In this document: positions 35,491 through 45,241 of the stretch, in pieces
Numbering within the stretch: the first letter of the stretch is position 1
Layout: the number at the start of each line of letters is the position of its first letter
Program-made: the position numbers and the translations under genes
IMG/VR virus record: IMGVR_UViG_3300049982_000333
Location: 1 to 54,478 of that record
Source of the DNA: a virus
Lineage: Duplodnaviria > Caudoviricetes
DNA: 54,478 nucleotides
Reading direction: 5' to 3' (one strand)
The notes under the pieces: generated by a model
The model's input: the letters and a program-made list of their open reading frames with translations, nothing else
Told to the model about the DNA's origin: nothing
Databases searched by the model: none

Positions 35491-35699
35491 CCCTGCCTGA
35501 GTACCTCGACGTCGTTCACGCTTTGTACGTGGAGCGCCGGGACTCGGTGCTGCGTAACGGCGCCCTGCTCGGGCTTGCGGGCATAGAGGGCGAAACCCCC
35601 GACAGCCTCGAGTACTTCGAGGACGAGTTCGCTCCCGCCTTCAGGCAGACCCCCGAAGAACGCCGGGCCATAGTCGCCGCGCTGCTCGGCGCCGGGTAA
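35325..35699 (+). CDS. Tail assembly chaperone -1 frameshift extension (GT)
   Basis: -1 frame open 35301-35699, encoding PYQQALGLLRWAADH...LTLPEYLDVVHALYVE...; not in the ORF track. Confidence 0.65.
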   Translation, partial: PYQQALGLLRWAADHGGYVNGRLLLSGHRHDGAGDGDPAGAGGAGVGAEGRHVRLTLPEYLDVVHALYVERRDSVLRNGALLGLAGIEGETPDSLEYFEDEFAPAFRQTPEERRAIVAALLGAG

Positions 35700-35723
35700 C
35701 ACGCAACAAGGCCGGGGGGTGTC

Positions 35724-38700
35724 GTGGCCCCTCTGGCTGATGCTTACGTCCGCGTCCGCGCCGACACCAGCAGCGTGCGTGGCGACGTCCGCCGCGAGTT
35801 CGACCGAGCCGGGGGCGATGCCGGCGACGGGTTCAGCCGGCAGTTCTCCACCCGGGTCCTGTCGGCCATCACCCCGAGCCTTGCGCCGCTTACCTCCGGC
35901 CTGGTCAGCCTGGTCGGGAAGATGGGCTCGGCCAGCGTCGCGATCGTCGGCGGCGCGCTGAAGCTGTCTACGTTCGCCGCTGCAGCCGCGTCAGCGACGT
36001 CCAGCGTCGGCGGGTTGGTCGCTGCGCTGGCTCCGGCCGTGGGGATCGTGGCCGCCCTGCCCGGGGCGTTGGCGCTGGGCGCGGCAGGGATGGGCACTCT
36101 CAAGCTCGCCTTGGACGGCGTGGGCAAGGCGTTCGCGGCCGCGCTGAGCGGCGACTTCGACAAGTTCATGGCGGGTGCGAAGGATCTGGGCCCGGCCGCC
36201 AGTCAGGTGGCCTACGAGTTGTTTCAGCTCGCGCCCGCGTTCCAGGGCTTGAAGTTCGCCGCCCAGGACGCCATTTTCGCGCCGCTGGTCGGGCAGATGT
36301 GGTCGCTGCTACCGGTCCTGAACGTGGTGACGGACGGGGTGGCCAGCGTGGCCGCCGAATTCGGCCGTGGCGCCTCGGCGATACTCGAGTTCGCGCGGAG
36401 CGCCGAGACCATCGCGGCGATCCAGTCGATTTTCGCCTCGACACGCGATGCGGTGGCGGGCCTGCTGCCCGCGCTTCAGCCGCTGCTTGCCGGGTTCCGG
36501 GACCTGTCCGTCGTCGGGGCCGGGTTCACCACGGGCCTCGTACCGGGCGTCGCCGCCCTGGCGGCGCGGTTCGGCGAGTTCCTCTCGGCCGCGTCCGCCA
36601 GCGGGCAGGCGCTGCAGTGGATGAACAACGCCGTCGACGTGTTCCGCCAGCTCGGGGCGATCGCCGGCGACGTCGGCGGCATCCTGCGCGGCGTGTTCAC
36701 GGCGCTGCAGGCCTCGGGCGGCGGGGCGCTCGGCATCCTCGGGCAGCTCCTCGACGGGCTCAACCAGTTCGCCAACTCCGCGCAGGGCCAGCAGACCCTC
36801 ATCGCCGTGTTCCAGTCGCTCCACACGATCGGGGCGGCGTTCCTTCCGGTCATCACGGCGATCGCCTCGGGGATCGGCGCCCTGGCTCCGTCGGTCGCCG
36901 CGCTGGCCACGGCGATCGGCCCGATCCTCACCACGGCGATCAACGCGGTGGCCCCCGCCGTGGCGGCGATGGGCCCGGGCCTGCTCGCGGTGTTCACCGG
37001 CATCGGCCAGGCGGTCGCTGCTCTTGCGCCCGCGCTGCTGCCCCTTGGCCAGGTCATCGGTTCGGCGTTCGCGACTTTGCAGCCACTGCTCGCCGCCATC
37101 GGTCCGGCGGTGGCCGCGATCCTGCCCGGCCTGCAGGCGTTCATCAGCGCTGTGGCGACAGGGGTCGCGTCGCTCGCGCCGGCGCTCGCTCCGATCGGAG
37201 CGGCGTTCGGCGGGATCCTCGCAGCGATTGCGCCTCTGCTGCCGGTGGTCGGCCAGCTCGTGGCCTTGATCGCCACCACGCTCGCTGCAGGGGTGCAGGC
37301 GATGCTGCCGTCGATTCAGCTGATGGTCGGCGTGTTCGGGCAAATTCTGCAGTCGCTGTCCCCGCTGTTGCCTGTGATCGCCCAGCTCGCCACGCTGATC
37401 GCCACGAGCCTCGCCACTGGGATGCAGGCGTTGCTCGGGCCCGTCCAGGTGCTCGTGGGCGGGCTGGCCTCGATGCTGACCGCCCTGTCGCCGATCATTC
37501 CGCTAATCATCGGTCTGGCGGCGACGGTGATCGGCCAGCTGGTGCCGGCTTTTGCTCCGCTTCTGCCGGTGCTCGGCCAGCTGGTGTTGCTGATCGCCAC
37601 GAGCCTGGCGTCGGGCATCATCGCGATCCTGCCGTCGATTCAGCTGCTCGTCGGGGCGTTTGCGCAGGCTGTGGTCGCGTTGTCGCCCGTGGTCCCGTTG
37701 ATCTTCGGTTTGGCCGCGACGTTGATCAACGCCCTGGTTCCGGCTCTGGCACCCCTTCTCCCGCAGCTGGCGTCGCTGGTCACACAGCTCGTGGTCGGCT
37801 TGGTCCCCGCGATTACCCCGCTGATCCCGATCGTCGCCGAGATCGCGACGATCATCGGGCAAAACTTCGTCGTCGTGCTGGGGTTGCTGGTCCAGGCCGT
37901 GCTGCCTCTGCTCCCTGTGCTGTCGGAGCTGGCGCAAACCATCGGCGGCGCGCTGGTGCAGTACCTGCGCGAGGTGAGCCCGCTCATCCCGATGCTGGTC
38001 GGCGCATTTCTGCAGCTCATTCCAGCGCTCACGCCGATTCTTCCGCTGATCGGCCAACTGGTGACGGCGCTGCTGCCTGTCCTGGCCACGGCCCTCACCT
38101 CCCTGGCACCCATCGTGGTCCAGCTGGTGGGGGCCTTCCTGACGCTGCTGCAGGCGGTCCTGCCGATTCTGCCGCCGCTGGTCGGACTGGTAGCCGCGCT
38201 AGCCCCGGTGATCTCCACGTTGCTGCAGACCGCTGGCGTGATCATGGGCGTGGTCGTCAGCGCCCTGGTTGCCTTGGTGAACGCGATCGCTCCGGTGATC
38301 ACGTGGGTCGTCAACTTGGCGGGGACCATCATCGGCAAGTTGACCGAGGCGGTGAACTGGCTGGCGGTGCACATCGGCAACATGCCGGAGGATTTCAAGC
38401 GGTGGTTCGGCCTGGCCAAAGACTGGGCCGTGCAGAAGTTCTCCGAGCTGGTCATCTGGGTCAAAGGCCTACCCGGGCTGATCGTGAACGCGCTCGGCAG
38501 CCTCGGGGACACCCTGGTGACCGCTGGCAAAAACTTGATCACCGGCCTGTGGAACGGCGTGGTGAGCATGTGGGATTGGTTCAAAAACCAGATCTACTCG
38601 TTTTTCAGCGGCATCATGCCGGACTGGGTCAAGCAAGCGTTGGGCATCGCCAGCCCGAGCCGCGTGTTCGCCGCGATCGGCAAGTGGATCCCCATGGGCC

Positions 38701-39044
38701 TGGCCAGCGGCATCACCGCCGCGTCCGGGCACGTGCTCGACGCGGTGCGCGGCATGGCCGACATGGCGACCATGGCCGTGCAGCCGGTGCTCACGGCCGG
38801 GGCGCCTGTGCTCGTGGGCGGGTTCGGCTCGACATTCGGTGTGCCCTCGCTCGGCGGCAGCGGCCCCGACCTCGCCAGCAGGAGCGGCGGAGCGACCGCA
38901 CAGGCCGCAGGAGGCGTGACCATCCAGGGGGACATCCACCTCCACGTGCAGGGCATAGTCGACCCCACCAAGCCGGACATGTGGCGCGACGCGCTTGTCC
39001 TGCTCCGCGACGGGATCTACGGGCTGGAGCGTGAGCACGCGTGA
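35724..39044 (+). CDS. Tape measure protein
   Basis: 1106 aa, Ala/Leu-rich periodic repeats, LGIASPSRVF motif. Confidence 0.92.
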   Translation: MAPLADAYVRVRADTSSVRGDVRREFDRAGGDAGDGFSRQFSTRVLSAITPSLAPLTSGLVSLVGKMGSASVAIVGGALKLSTFAAAAASATSSVGGLVAALAPAVGIVAALPGALALGAAGMGTLKLALDGVGKAFAAALSGDFDKFMAGAKDLGPAASQVAYELFQLAPAFQGLKFAAQDAIFAPLVGQMWSLLPVLNVVTDGVASVAAEFGRGASAILEFARSAETIAAIQSIFASTRDAVAGLLPALQPLLAGFRDLSVVGAGFTTGLVPGVAALAARFGEFLSAASASGQALQWMNNAVDVFRQLGAIAGDVGGILRGVFTALQASGGGALGILGQLLDGLNQFANSAQGQQTLIAVFQSLHTIGAAFLPVITAIASGIGALAPSVAALATAIGPILTTAINAVAPAVAAMGPGLLAVFTGIGQAVAALAPALLPLGQVIGSAFATLQPLLAAIGPAVAAILPGLQAFISAVATGVASLAPALAPIGAAFGGILAAIAPLLPVVGQLVALIATTLAAGVQAMLPSIQLMVGVFGQILQSLSPLLPVIAQLATLIATSLATGMQALLGPVQVLVGGLASMLTALSPIIPLIIGLAATVIGQLVPAFAPLLPVLGQLVLLIATSLASGIIAILPSIQLLVGAFAQAVVALSPVVPLIFGLAATLINALVPALAPLLPQLASLVTQLVVGLVPAITPLIPIVAEIATIIGQNFVVVLGLLVQAVLPLLPVLSELAQTIGGALVQYLREVSPLIPMLVGAFLQLIPALTPILPLIGQLVTALLPVLATALTSLAPIVVQLVGAFLTLLQAVLPILPPLVGLVAALAPVISTLLQTAGVIMGVVVSALVALVNAIAPVITWVVNLAGTIIGKLTEAVNWLAVHIGNMPEDFKRWFGLAKDWAVQKFSELVIWVKGLPGLIVNALGSLGDTLVTAGKNLITGLWNGVVSMWDWFKNQIYSFFSGIMPDWVKQALGIASPSRVFAAIGKWIPMGLASGITAASGHVLDAVRGMADMATMAVQPVLTAGAPVLVGGFGSTFGVPSLGGSGPDLASRSGGATAQAAGGVTIQGDIHLHVQGIVDPTKPDMWRDALVLLRDGIYGLEREHA

Positions 39045-40219
39045 GCAACCTCATCCTCGGCCGGCTCACCCTCCGGGAGACGTTCACGCTGTCGGAGTCG
39101 GCCGGCGACGGGCGGACGATGTCACTCGCCGGCAAGGAGGTGGCGCCGCTCATCCCCCGCAAAGCCCTGATCGAACGGTACGAGGGGCTGCTCAACTCGG
39201 TCGGCGCGATGGTCCCCGCGATCTGGTCGGAGAAGGTCGAGCGGAACGGCTACTACACCATCAAAAGCGCCAGCGGCGATTACACCGACCGGCCCGGCGT
39301 CGCATGGGTGAGCTGGAAGTTGGAGTTGACCCGTCACGGCACCCCCAGCGAGGTGGAGCTGGAGAGCAGACTCACCGGCGCCGTGCGTGCCAACGATTTC
39401 ACCTTGACGGGCGAGCGGTGGCACGCCCCCGCCATCGGCGCCTACGGGTACTACACCGGCCCCACGCTGCCCTCCATCATGACCCGGGCGTCGACCGACG
39501 GAGTGATGACCGTCTACCGCGGCGTCCCCGCGGGAGTGTCGCCCCGGTGGGGCTGCGCGGCCGAGGACTACATGCGCGGCCGCGTCCGGATCCTGTCCGG
39601 CGGCACCGAGAGAATCGGCACCGGATACGTGGTCAACCCGCTCGACTGGGAACTGTCGAACGGCCTGGTGCGGGTCCGGCCGCTGCTCGCAGCCGGCAGC
39701 CTGGAGGTTGCCTCGTTCGCCGGCGGGGCGTGGCGGCCGAAGAGCTGGTGGGTGGACATCAGTGGCACGCAGGTCGCCCAGTTCGAGTCGGCGACGATCC
39801 TGCGCAACGACCCCGAGCAGTGCGTCGTCCGGCTGACCGAGAGCCGTTCCCCTGCGGGTCGGATGAGCCTGGATCTGACGCTGAGACGCGGATCCCGAAG
39901 CGTGGAAGGGTACGTGCAGCGCGGCGACTCCGGGACCATCTCGGTGTACCTGACCGCGGCCGAGACGATGAGCAACAACACCTCGTACCTGGTGCGGTCG
40001 ACGGACGACTCCAACGGCAACCGCGTCACCTGCGGCTCGGCCAGGACCTTCACCGCGCACGCCAACGGCGGCCTGGTCAAGGCCTCGGTGACCGCGCTCG
40101 ACTTCTACCTCAGCGTGGTCGTCGGCGGCGCCGCAGCGGTGTCCGGCGACCAGGCGACCAACATCAGGGACCAGTACATCGCGGCGATGCCTGAGACGAC
40201 GGGCGTGGTCAGGCGATGA
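39041..40219 (+). CDS. Minor tail protein
   Basis: Directly after tape measure; GTGA overlap. Confidence 0.7.
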   Translation: MSNLILGRLTLRETFTLSESAGDGRTMSLAGKEVAPLIPRKALIERYEGLLNSVGAMVPAIWSEKVERNGYYTIKSASGDYTDRPGVAWVSWKLELTRHGTPSEVELESRLTGAVRANDFTLTGERWHAPAIGAYGYYTGPTLPSIMTRASTDGVMTVYRGVPAGVSPRWGCAAEDYMRGRVRILSGGTERIGTGYVVNPLDWELSNGLVRVRPLLAAGSLEVASFAGGAWRPKSWWVDISGTQVAQFESATILRNDPEQCVVRLTESRSPAGRMSLDLTLRRGSRSVEGYVQRGDSGTISVYLTAAETMSNNTSYLVRSTDDSNGNRVTCGSARTFTAHANGGLVKASVTALDFYLSVVVGGAAAVSGDQATNIRDQYIAAMPETTGVVRR

Positions 40220-43122
40220 GCGTCACCGAGGTCGTTCAGGCGCTCGGATCCTGGAGCGTCACACTGGCGGAGGAAACCCCGCGCGAGGTGCTCGACCAGC
40301 TCGGCTTCTTCTCGCACGTCGCTATCGTCCCTGGCCGGCTCAACCCGGCTCAGTACGGCGACACGCTGCTGACGATGGCGCGGTACGTCGGGGTGGTGAC
40401 CGGCCGGGAGTTCGACCAGGCCAAGCGCATCAAGGGCCAGGGCATGGCGGTGTGGTTGGGCGATGCCGATGACAAGGGCGAGGTCTTCGAGGCGCCGGTC
40501 AGCATCAACGGGCTGACCTTCCCCAACGCCATTCGTGCGTTGCTCGGCTCGGGCACGGCCGTCATCGAGGGCACCCTGTACAGCGTCGCCGGGACGTACA
40601 CGGGCGTCCATCAGTGGCAGTCGCGGCGCAAAGCCATCGACTACGTCTGCGGCCTGATGGGCGCCGAGTGGAGGGTCAACGGGAACGCGACTCTGGATGC
40701 GGGGCCGGCCTCGAACCTGTATGTGGCCAACCCGTCGTGCGTCATCGTCCGCAAGGGCGCCGGACGCGATCTCACCCTGAGCGGCCTGCCCGGCGACATC
40801 CAGCTCACCCGCGACGTCGAAGACTGGACGTCCCGTGTGGTGCTGCTCGCCGAGGGCCAGGGCGATGCGGTGGCCACCGGCTCGGCGGACATCGGCTCCA
40901 ACCCCTACCTCGACCTGCGCGGCGGCGCGGTGCGGCGGACCAGACTGATCAGCGAGTCTGGCACGGCCACCGGCAATGCCCAGTCCAGAGCGCAGCTGCA
41001 GCTCAACCGTTTCGTCGGCACCCGCAACGCGCTGCGCTTGTCGGCCCAGGACTACGAGATTGACGGCTCGTTCCGCCCGGGGGACTGGGTGTGGGTGTAC
41101 GACCCGGAATCTGGGTTGGTCGACACCAACAACGAGATCATTTTCAGAGGCGAGCGGTTCAACCCCATCAAGTTGCGCGCCGTGGAGACCACCTGGCCGA
41201 TCGTCAAGGCGATGACGGTCGCGTGCCGGACGCAGGCCGGGGTGTGGGTGGACCTCACCGACTATGTGACCTACGAGGTCGGGCAGACCTCCATCACGGT
41301 GGGCGAGCTGTCGCGGTCGCTGACTGGCGCGGACTCCGAGCCGGTCGGTGGCCGGCCCATCCCGGACTCGACGATCCCCGGCACGGTCACGTGGGTGACG
41401 CCGTTCGGCACGTCGGTGTATCTGGATGGGCTCGGCTACACGAGGGCGCGGATCATCGTCGCGTGGAACCTGCCGCTCAACGCCGACGGCAGCACAATCC
41501 TCGATGGCGACCACTACGAGATCGGCTACGGTGTCACCCCGGCCGCGTCGTGGGAGACCGCCTACGCGGCGTGGGGCGACCTGCAGGCAGTGGTCAACGA
41601 CCTGTCGCCGGGCGTGACCTACGACTTCAGGATCAGGGCGGTGGACGCGGCTGGCAACGCGGGCGCTTGGTCGGCGACGGTGTCCGCTACGGCGAACCCC
41701 GACACGATCCCGCCGAGCACGCCGGCGCCGCCGACGGTGGCCGCGTCGCTGATCGCTATCCAGGTCAGTCACACCCTCGGTAAGGCCAGCGGCGGGGTGT
41801 TCAACCTCGAGCGCGACTTGGACCACCTTGAGGTCCACGTGGGTGCCACCTCGGGGTTCACGACAGACGCGACGACGCTGCGTGGCCAGGTGCCGGCCAA
41901 CGCGGGCATGATGCAGGCGGGCATCGCGGCGGTCGGCACGGTGCCGGAGTCGAACACGACGTTGCGGCATGTCAAGGTGATCGCTGTCGACATGGCGGGC
42001 AACCGGTCTGCGGCGTCCGCCAGCGCTACCACCACGGCGCTGCTCATCGATGACGCGCACATCAGTGACCTGACCGTCACCAAGGTCACCGCAGGCACGA
42101 TCAGCGCCAACTGGTTGATCGGCGCCAGCATTCGCACGGCGAGCAGTGGTCAGCGGGTGGAGCTGAACGCGACCGGTCTGCATGGGTTTAACGCCGGCGG
42201 CATCGAGACGGTGAGTCTGCTCAACTCCGGGTCGTTCACCCTGCGTAGTGCCGCGACGGGTGCTCGCGTGGAGCTGGACACCAGCGGTTTCCGTGCCTAC
42301 AACTCCGGCGGCACGCAAACGGTCGGCCTGTCTAATTCGGGGTCGTTCTTCCTTCAGAGCGGCACGTCGGGCGCGCGAATGGTCCTGGATGTCAACGGCA
42401 TCGAGTTGTTCAACGCGTCTGGTAACAAGACGGTCGAGTTCAACACCTCTGACGGTACGGCGTTGATCGTAGGCCGGGTGAGTAGCTCTGAAACCGATCA
42501 GAAGCGGCTGGTGATCAACCCGGGGCCGTCTGCTGATTCGTTCGAGCCCGAAATCCGAATGTACGAAGAGTACGACCTCGGCGAGTATCACTACTGGACG
42601 ACTGGTGCTCCGGGTGCTCACGTGACGGAGATCGGGTCTGCCAACCTGAGTGGTCACAGAAGTTCGTTGACGATGAGCCAGGCAGGCTATTACCTGGCCA
42701 ACGTGAACAGCGACGGTTCCCGTTATGGGGGATTCATCAACGCTGATGGCACCAGCAGCTTTGAGATTTCCTTGCACAATCAGGCGGGCCTGTTGTTCAC
42801 CAACAACGCGCTAGTTCATGGCCATGACGTGATCTTGCAGCCGGAGTCGAGCGGCGGCGTATATCTGAAAGGGAAGATTACGACAGCCGATTCGGCGTCT
42901 GCTGTGGCGGGCGGCAAGGTAGCAGCCAACGGGACTGGCGGCACGGTCATATATGGCCCCTCCTATGACGGCACTCCGTACCCGGCTGCCACGGTCAGAG
43001 CCGGGAACGTGGCGTCCTTCGTCATCACCAACGTGTCCCCTTCGAGCTTCAACTGGAGCTGGAACGGCCCGGCGCTGAGCTCCGGCGCCGATCACATCAA
43101 CTGGTTCGGCCGGAAGGAGTAG
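40216..43122 (+). CDS. Tail tip/central fibre protein with fibronectin type III domains
   Basis: LSPGVTYDFRIRAVDAAGNAGAWS, VDMAGNRSAAS, KVTAGTISA, GQRVELNATG repeats. Confidence 0.8.
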   Translation: MSVTEVVQALGSWSVTLAEETPREVLDQLGFFSHVAIVPGRLNPAQYGDTLLTMARYVGVVTGREFDQAKRIKGQGMAVWLGDADDKGEVFEAPVSINGLTFPNAIRALLGSGTAVIEGTLYSVAGTYTGVHQWQSRRKAIDYVCGLMGAEWRVNGNATLDAGPASNLYVANPSCVIVRKGAGRDLTLSGLPGDIQLTRDVEDWTSRVVLLAEGQGDAVATGSADIGSNPYLDLRGGAVRRTRLISESGTATGNAQSRAQLQLNRFVGTRNALRLSAQDYEIDGSFRPGDWVWVYDPESGLVDTNNEIIFRGERFNPIKLRAVETTWPIVKAMTVACRTQAGVWVDLTDYVTYEVGQTSITVGELSRSLTGADSEPVGGRPIPDSTIPGTVTWVTPFGTSVYLDGLGYTRARIIVAWNLPLNADGSTILDGDHYEIGYGVTPAASWETAYAAWGDLQAVVNDLSPGVTYDFRIRAVDAAGNAGAWSATVSATANPDTIPPSTPAPPTVAASLIAIQVSHTLGKASGGVFNLERDLDHLEVHVGATSGFTTDATTLRGQVPANAGMMQAGIAAVGTVPESNTTLRHVKVIAVDMAGNRSAASASATTTALLIDDAHISDLTVTKVTAGTISANWLIGASIRTASSGQRVELNATGLHGFNAGGIETVSLLNSGSFTLRSAATGARVELDTSGFRAYNSGGTQTVGLSNSGSFFLQSGTSGARMVLDVNGIELFNASGNKTVEFNTSDGTALIVGRVSSSETDQKRLVINPGPSADSFEPEIRMYEEYDLGEYHYWTTGAPGAHVTEIGSANLSGHRSSLTMSQAGYYLANVNSDGSRYGGFINADGTSSFEISLHNQAGLLFTNNALVHGHDVILQPESSGGVYLKGKITTADSASAVAGGKVAANGTGGTVIYGPSYDGTPYPAATVRAGNVASFVITNVSPSSFNWSWNGPALSSGADHINWFGRKE

Positions 43123-43126
43123 GGCG

Positions 43127-43705
43127 GTGACCTGGACGCTGAAAGGCATGCACGAAGACCTGCACGCCGAAGAAGCCGACGACCGGTGGCTCCTCACCTA
43201 TGAGGTTCCCGCCGAGTTCGCGCACGACGGCACCTATTCGGTGTCCTTCCCCAAGGACATGGTCAACCACATGGCTGTCACCTACGGATATGACGTCGAC
43301 GATCCGGTCGACATCGAGGACCTGTTCGACCACCTGTTCCACATGGCCTACATGACGGAAGTCGCCAGGCGGGAAGGGCGGGTACACGAGGCCACGTGGA
43401 ATCCGTACGAGTTGAAACCAGAATCGGCTCGTCAGGTGATCAAGGACCAGGTGACAGAGCTGAAGCGGACCCGCCCGATCAGGCATGGCGGCAAAGCCGA
43501 CCTGACGAACCCGCTCACAGCGAAAGTGACCGTCGTCGATGATCCCATCGACATCGTCAAGAGGGACATGCTGAGTCGTGTGGACCGCAAGGTCATTGCC
43601 GATCGCACTGAGGCTGTAGCGCAGATCCGTGTCGCCGCGCAGGACAGGATGATCTCTCATGCCCTGCGAATCAACGCGAGGATAGACAGCGGAGGCATGA
43701 CGTGA
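43127..43705 (+). CDS. Hypothetical protein
   Basis: ORF coupled to the tail gene. Confidence 0.65.
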   Translation: MTWTLKGMHEDLHAEEADDRWLLTYEVPAEFAHDGTYSVSFPKDMVNHMAVTYGYDVDDPVDIEDLFDHLFHMAYMTEVARREGRVHEATWNPYELKPESARQVIKDQVTELKRTRPIRHGGKADLTNPLTAKVTVVDDPIDIVKRDMLSRVDRKVIADRTEAVAQIRVAAQDRMISHALRINARIDSGGMT

Positions 43706-43893
43706 TGGGGAGTCCAGTGCCAGCCGAGCAGGGGTCGACGCGGTTGACCGTCGACCTGACCCGCTACGCCGAGGCGCTCACGCGCCAGCGCAACGACGCC
43801 TTAGACCAAGCCGCTCAGTGGCGTGCGGTCGCCGAGGGGCTCCTGGCCGAACGCGACCAGACTCGCGCCGAGCTGGCGGCTCTCAAGGAATAG
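43702..43893 (+). CDS. Small coiled-coil protein
   Basis: GGAGG RBS; heptad pattern. Confidence 0.6.
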   Translation: MMGSPVPAEQGSTRLTVDLTRYAEALTRQRNDALDQAAQWRAVAEGLLAERDQTRAELAALKE

Positions 43894-43901
43894 CGGAATC
43901 G

Positions 43902-44177
43902 TCACTGGTGACGGGTGATCGTCGTCCTGCGGCGACGGCGCGCCCACACCCACGGATAGCCGAAGCCCGCCGTGCACACCACGAGTGCGATCTCTCCGCA
44001 CGTCCACGCCGGTTTCGTCACCGACCTGCCCACCTGCTGCACCTGCTGCGGCATCGGCTGTTGATACCCGTACCCGGGCGGCGGCCCGTACGGCGCCGGC
44101 GGCTGGCCCTGCGGCGGCCCGTACTGCGGAGACTGGTGGCCGTAGGGCGGCTGGTTCGGGTCGTGCGGATACGCCAT
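43902..44177 (-). CDS. Antisense moron: Pro/Gln/Tyr-rich small membrane protein
   Basis: GGAG RBS; PYGPPPGYGYQQP N-terminus, one hydrophobic segment, RRRRR tail. Confidence 0.7.
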   Translation of the reverse strand: MAYPHDPNQPPYGHQSPQYGPPQGQPPAPYGPPPGYGYQQPMPQQVQQVGRSVTKPAWTCGEIALVVCTAGFGYPWVWARRRRRTTITRHQ

Positions 44178-44324
44178 GGTGCCAGCTCCAGGTGCTCGAG
44201 GGTGCCCAAATGGGACGCCTGCCCACGGCCCCAGGTTGCCACGTGTCCGCATCGGGATATCAGCCGTGCCGCCCGTCTCGCCTCCGGCGGGCGGCATCTT
44301 CGTGGTGGAAGGGCGGCCAGCTGA

Positions 44325-44735
44325 GTGGACGTGATCACGATCCCTTGGGTCGGAGGCAGTGTCCTCAGCATCGCCTTAGCGATGATCTTCGGCACGGTCG
44401 GCCTGGTCCTCAAGGGCCGCCTGATCCCGCGTAAGCAGCACGAAGACGTGCGCAAAGACGCCGCCACGACCATCGAGGCCGTGCGTGCTGATGCCGCCAA
44501 GGCGATCAAGGACGCCCGGGAAGACCGGGACGCCCGGGTGACCGAGGCCAACGAGGACGCCGAGCAGTGGCGCAGGTTCTGGGAGGAAGAACACCGTGCC
44601 CATGAGCTCACCAGGCGCGCTCACGACGAGGAACGCCGAGCCGAGCTACGCGCCGCCGCCGAAGGCACCCAGCTCGCCGCATCTCTGCTCCAGACCATCC
44701 ACGCGCGGCAAATCGAGGCCGGCCATGACACGTGA
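44325..44735 (+). CDS. Membrane protein of the lysis cassette
   Basis: N-terminal TM segment, charged coiled coil. Confidence 0.7.
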   Translation: MDVITIPWVGGSVLSIALAMIFGTVGLVLKGRLIPRKQHEDVRKDAATTIEAVRADAAKAIKDAREDRDARVTEANEDAEQWRRFWEEEHRAHELTRRAHDEERRAELRAAAEGTQLAASLLQTIHARQIEAGHDT

Positions 44736-44931
44736 CGGACAAGACCGGCCGGACATGGACGAGGCGGCGCGCATGGTCGCCGAGTCCCGCCGGCGAGCCG
44801 AACACGACGCACGTGAGTCCTCGGAACGGGCCCGCCACAAGTGGGGCCTGGCCGAGATGCTCCGTCGACTTCGTGAGGCCAACGGTTTCGACCGGATCAT
44901 GGACGACGCGTTTGGGGGTGGCCGTGATTGA
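44725..44931 (+). CDS. Small lysis-cassette hypothetical protein
   Basis: RRLREANGFDRIM pattern; overlaps both neighbours. Confidence 0.6.
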   Translation: MTRDGQDRPDMDEAARMVAESRRRAEHDARESSERARHKWGLAEMLRRLREANGFDRIMDDAFGGGRD

Positions 44932-45241
44932 GCTGGTGTATGCCGTCGGCAGCGTGCTGGTGGTGATCTCGGCGGTGCTGGCCGACGCCTGCGTGCTGGC
45001 GCAAGCCCTGCTCGCCCGCTGGTGGCAAACCCCTCAAGGACGGCACGTCTTCGCGTTCCAGGCCGCTCTCGGGCTGTGCCTGTCGTTGTGGACGCTGCGC
45101 CTGGTGGTCTCGGACGGGCCCTTGTTCCTCGTGGCGCGCATGGCGTCGTTCGCTCTGGTGCCGGTCGTTCTGGCCTGGCGGCTGGTGGTCATCATCCGCA
45201 CCTGGCACCAGGCGCGGCGTAATCGAAGGGAGACAGGCTGA
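44924..45241 (+). CDS. Putative holin (3 TM)
   Basis: WWQTPQGRHV motif; three hydrophobic segments; TGATG coupling to endolysin. Confidence 0.65.
   Translation: MIELVYAVGSVLVVISAVLADACVLAQALLARWWQTPQGRHVFAFQAALGLCLSLWTLRLVVSDGPLFLVARMASFALVPVVLAWRLVVIIRTWHQARRNRRETG

Noticed and set aside
36800-38350. Periodic repeats in the 35724-39044 gene
   Set aside because: Ordinary amphipathic tape-measure repeats
40216-43893. Diversity-generating retroelement or invertible tail-fibre switch
   Set aside because: No reverse transcriptase, invertase, TR/VR pair or flanking inverted repeats seen
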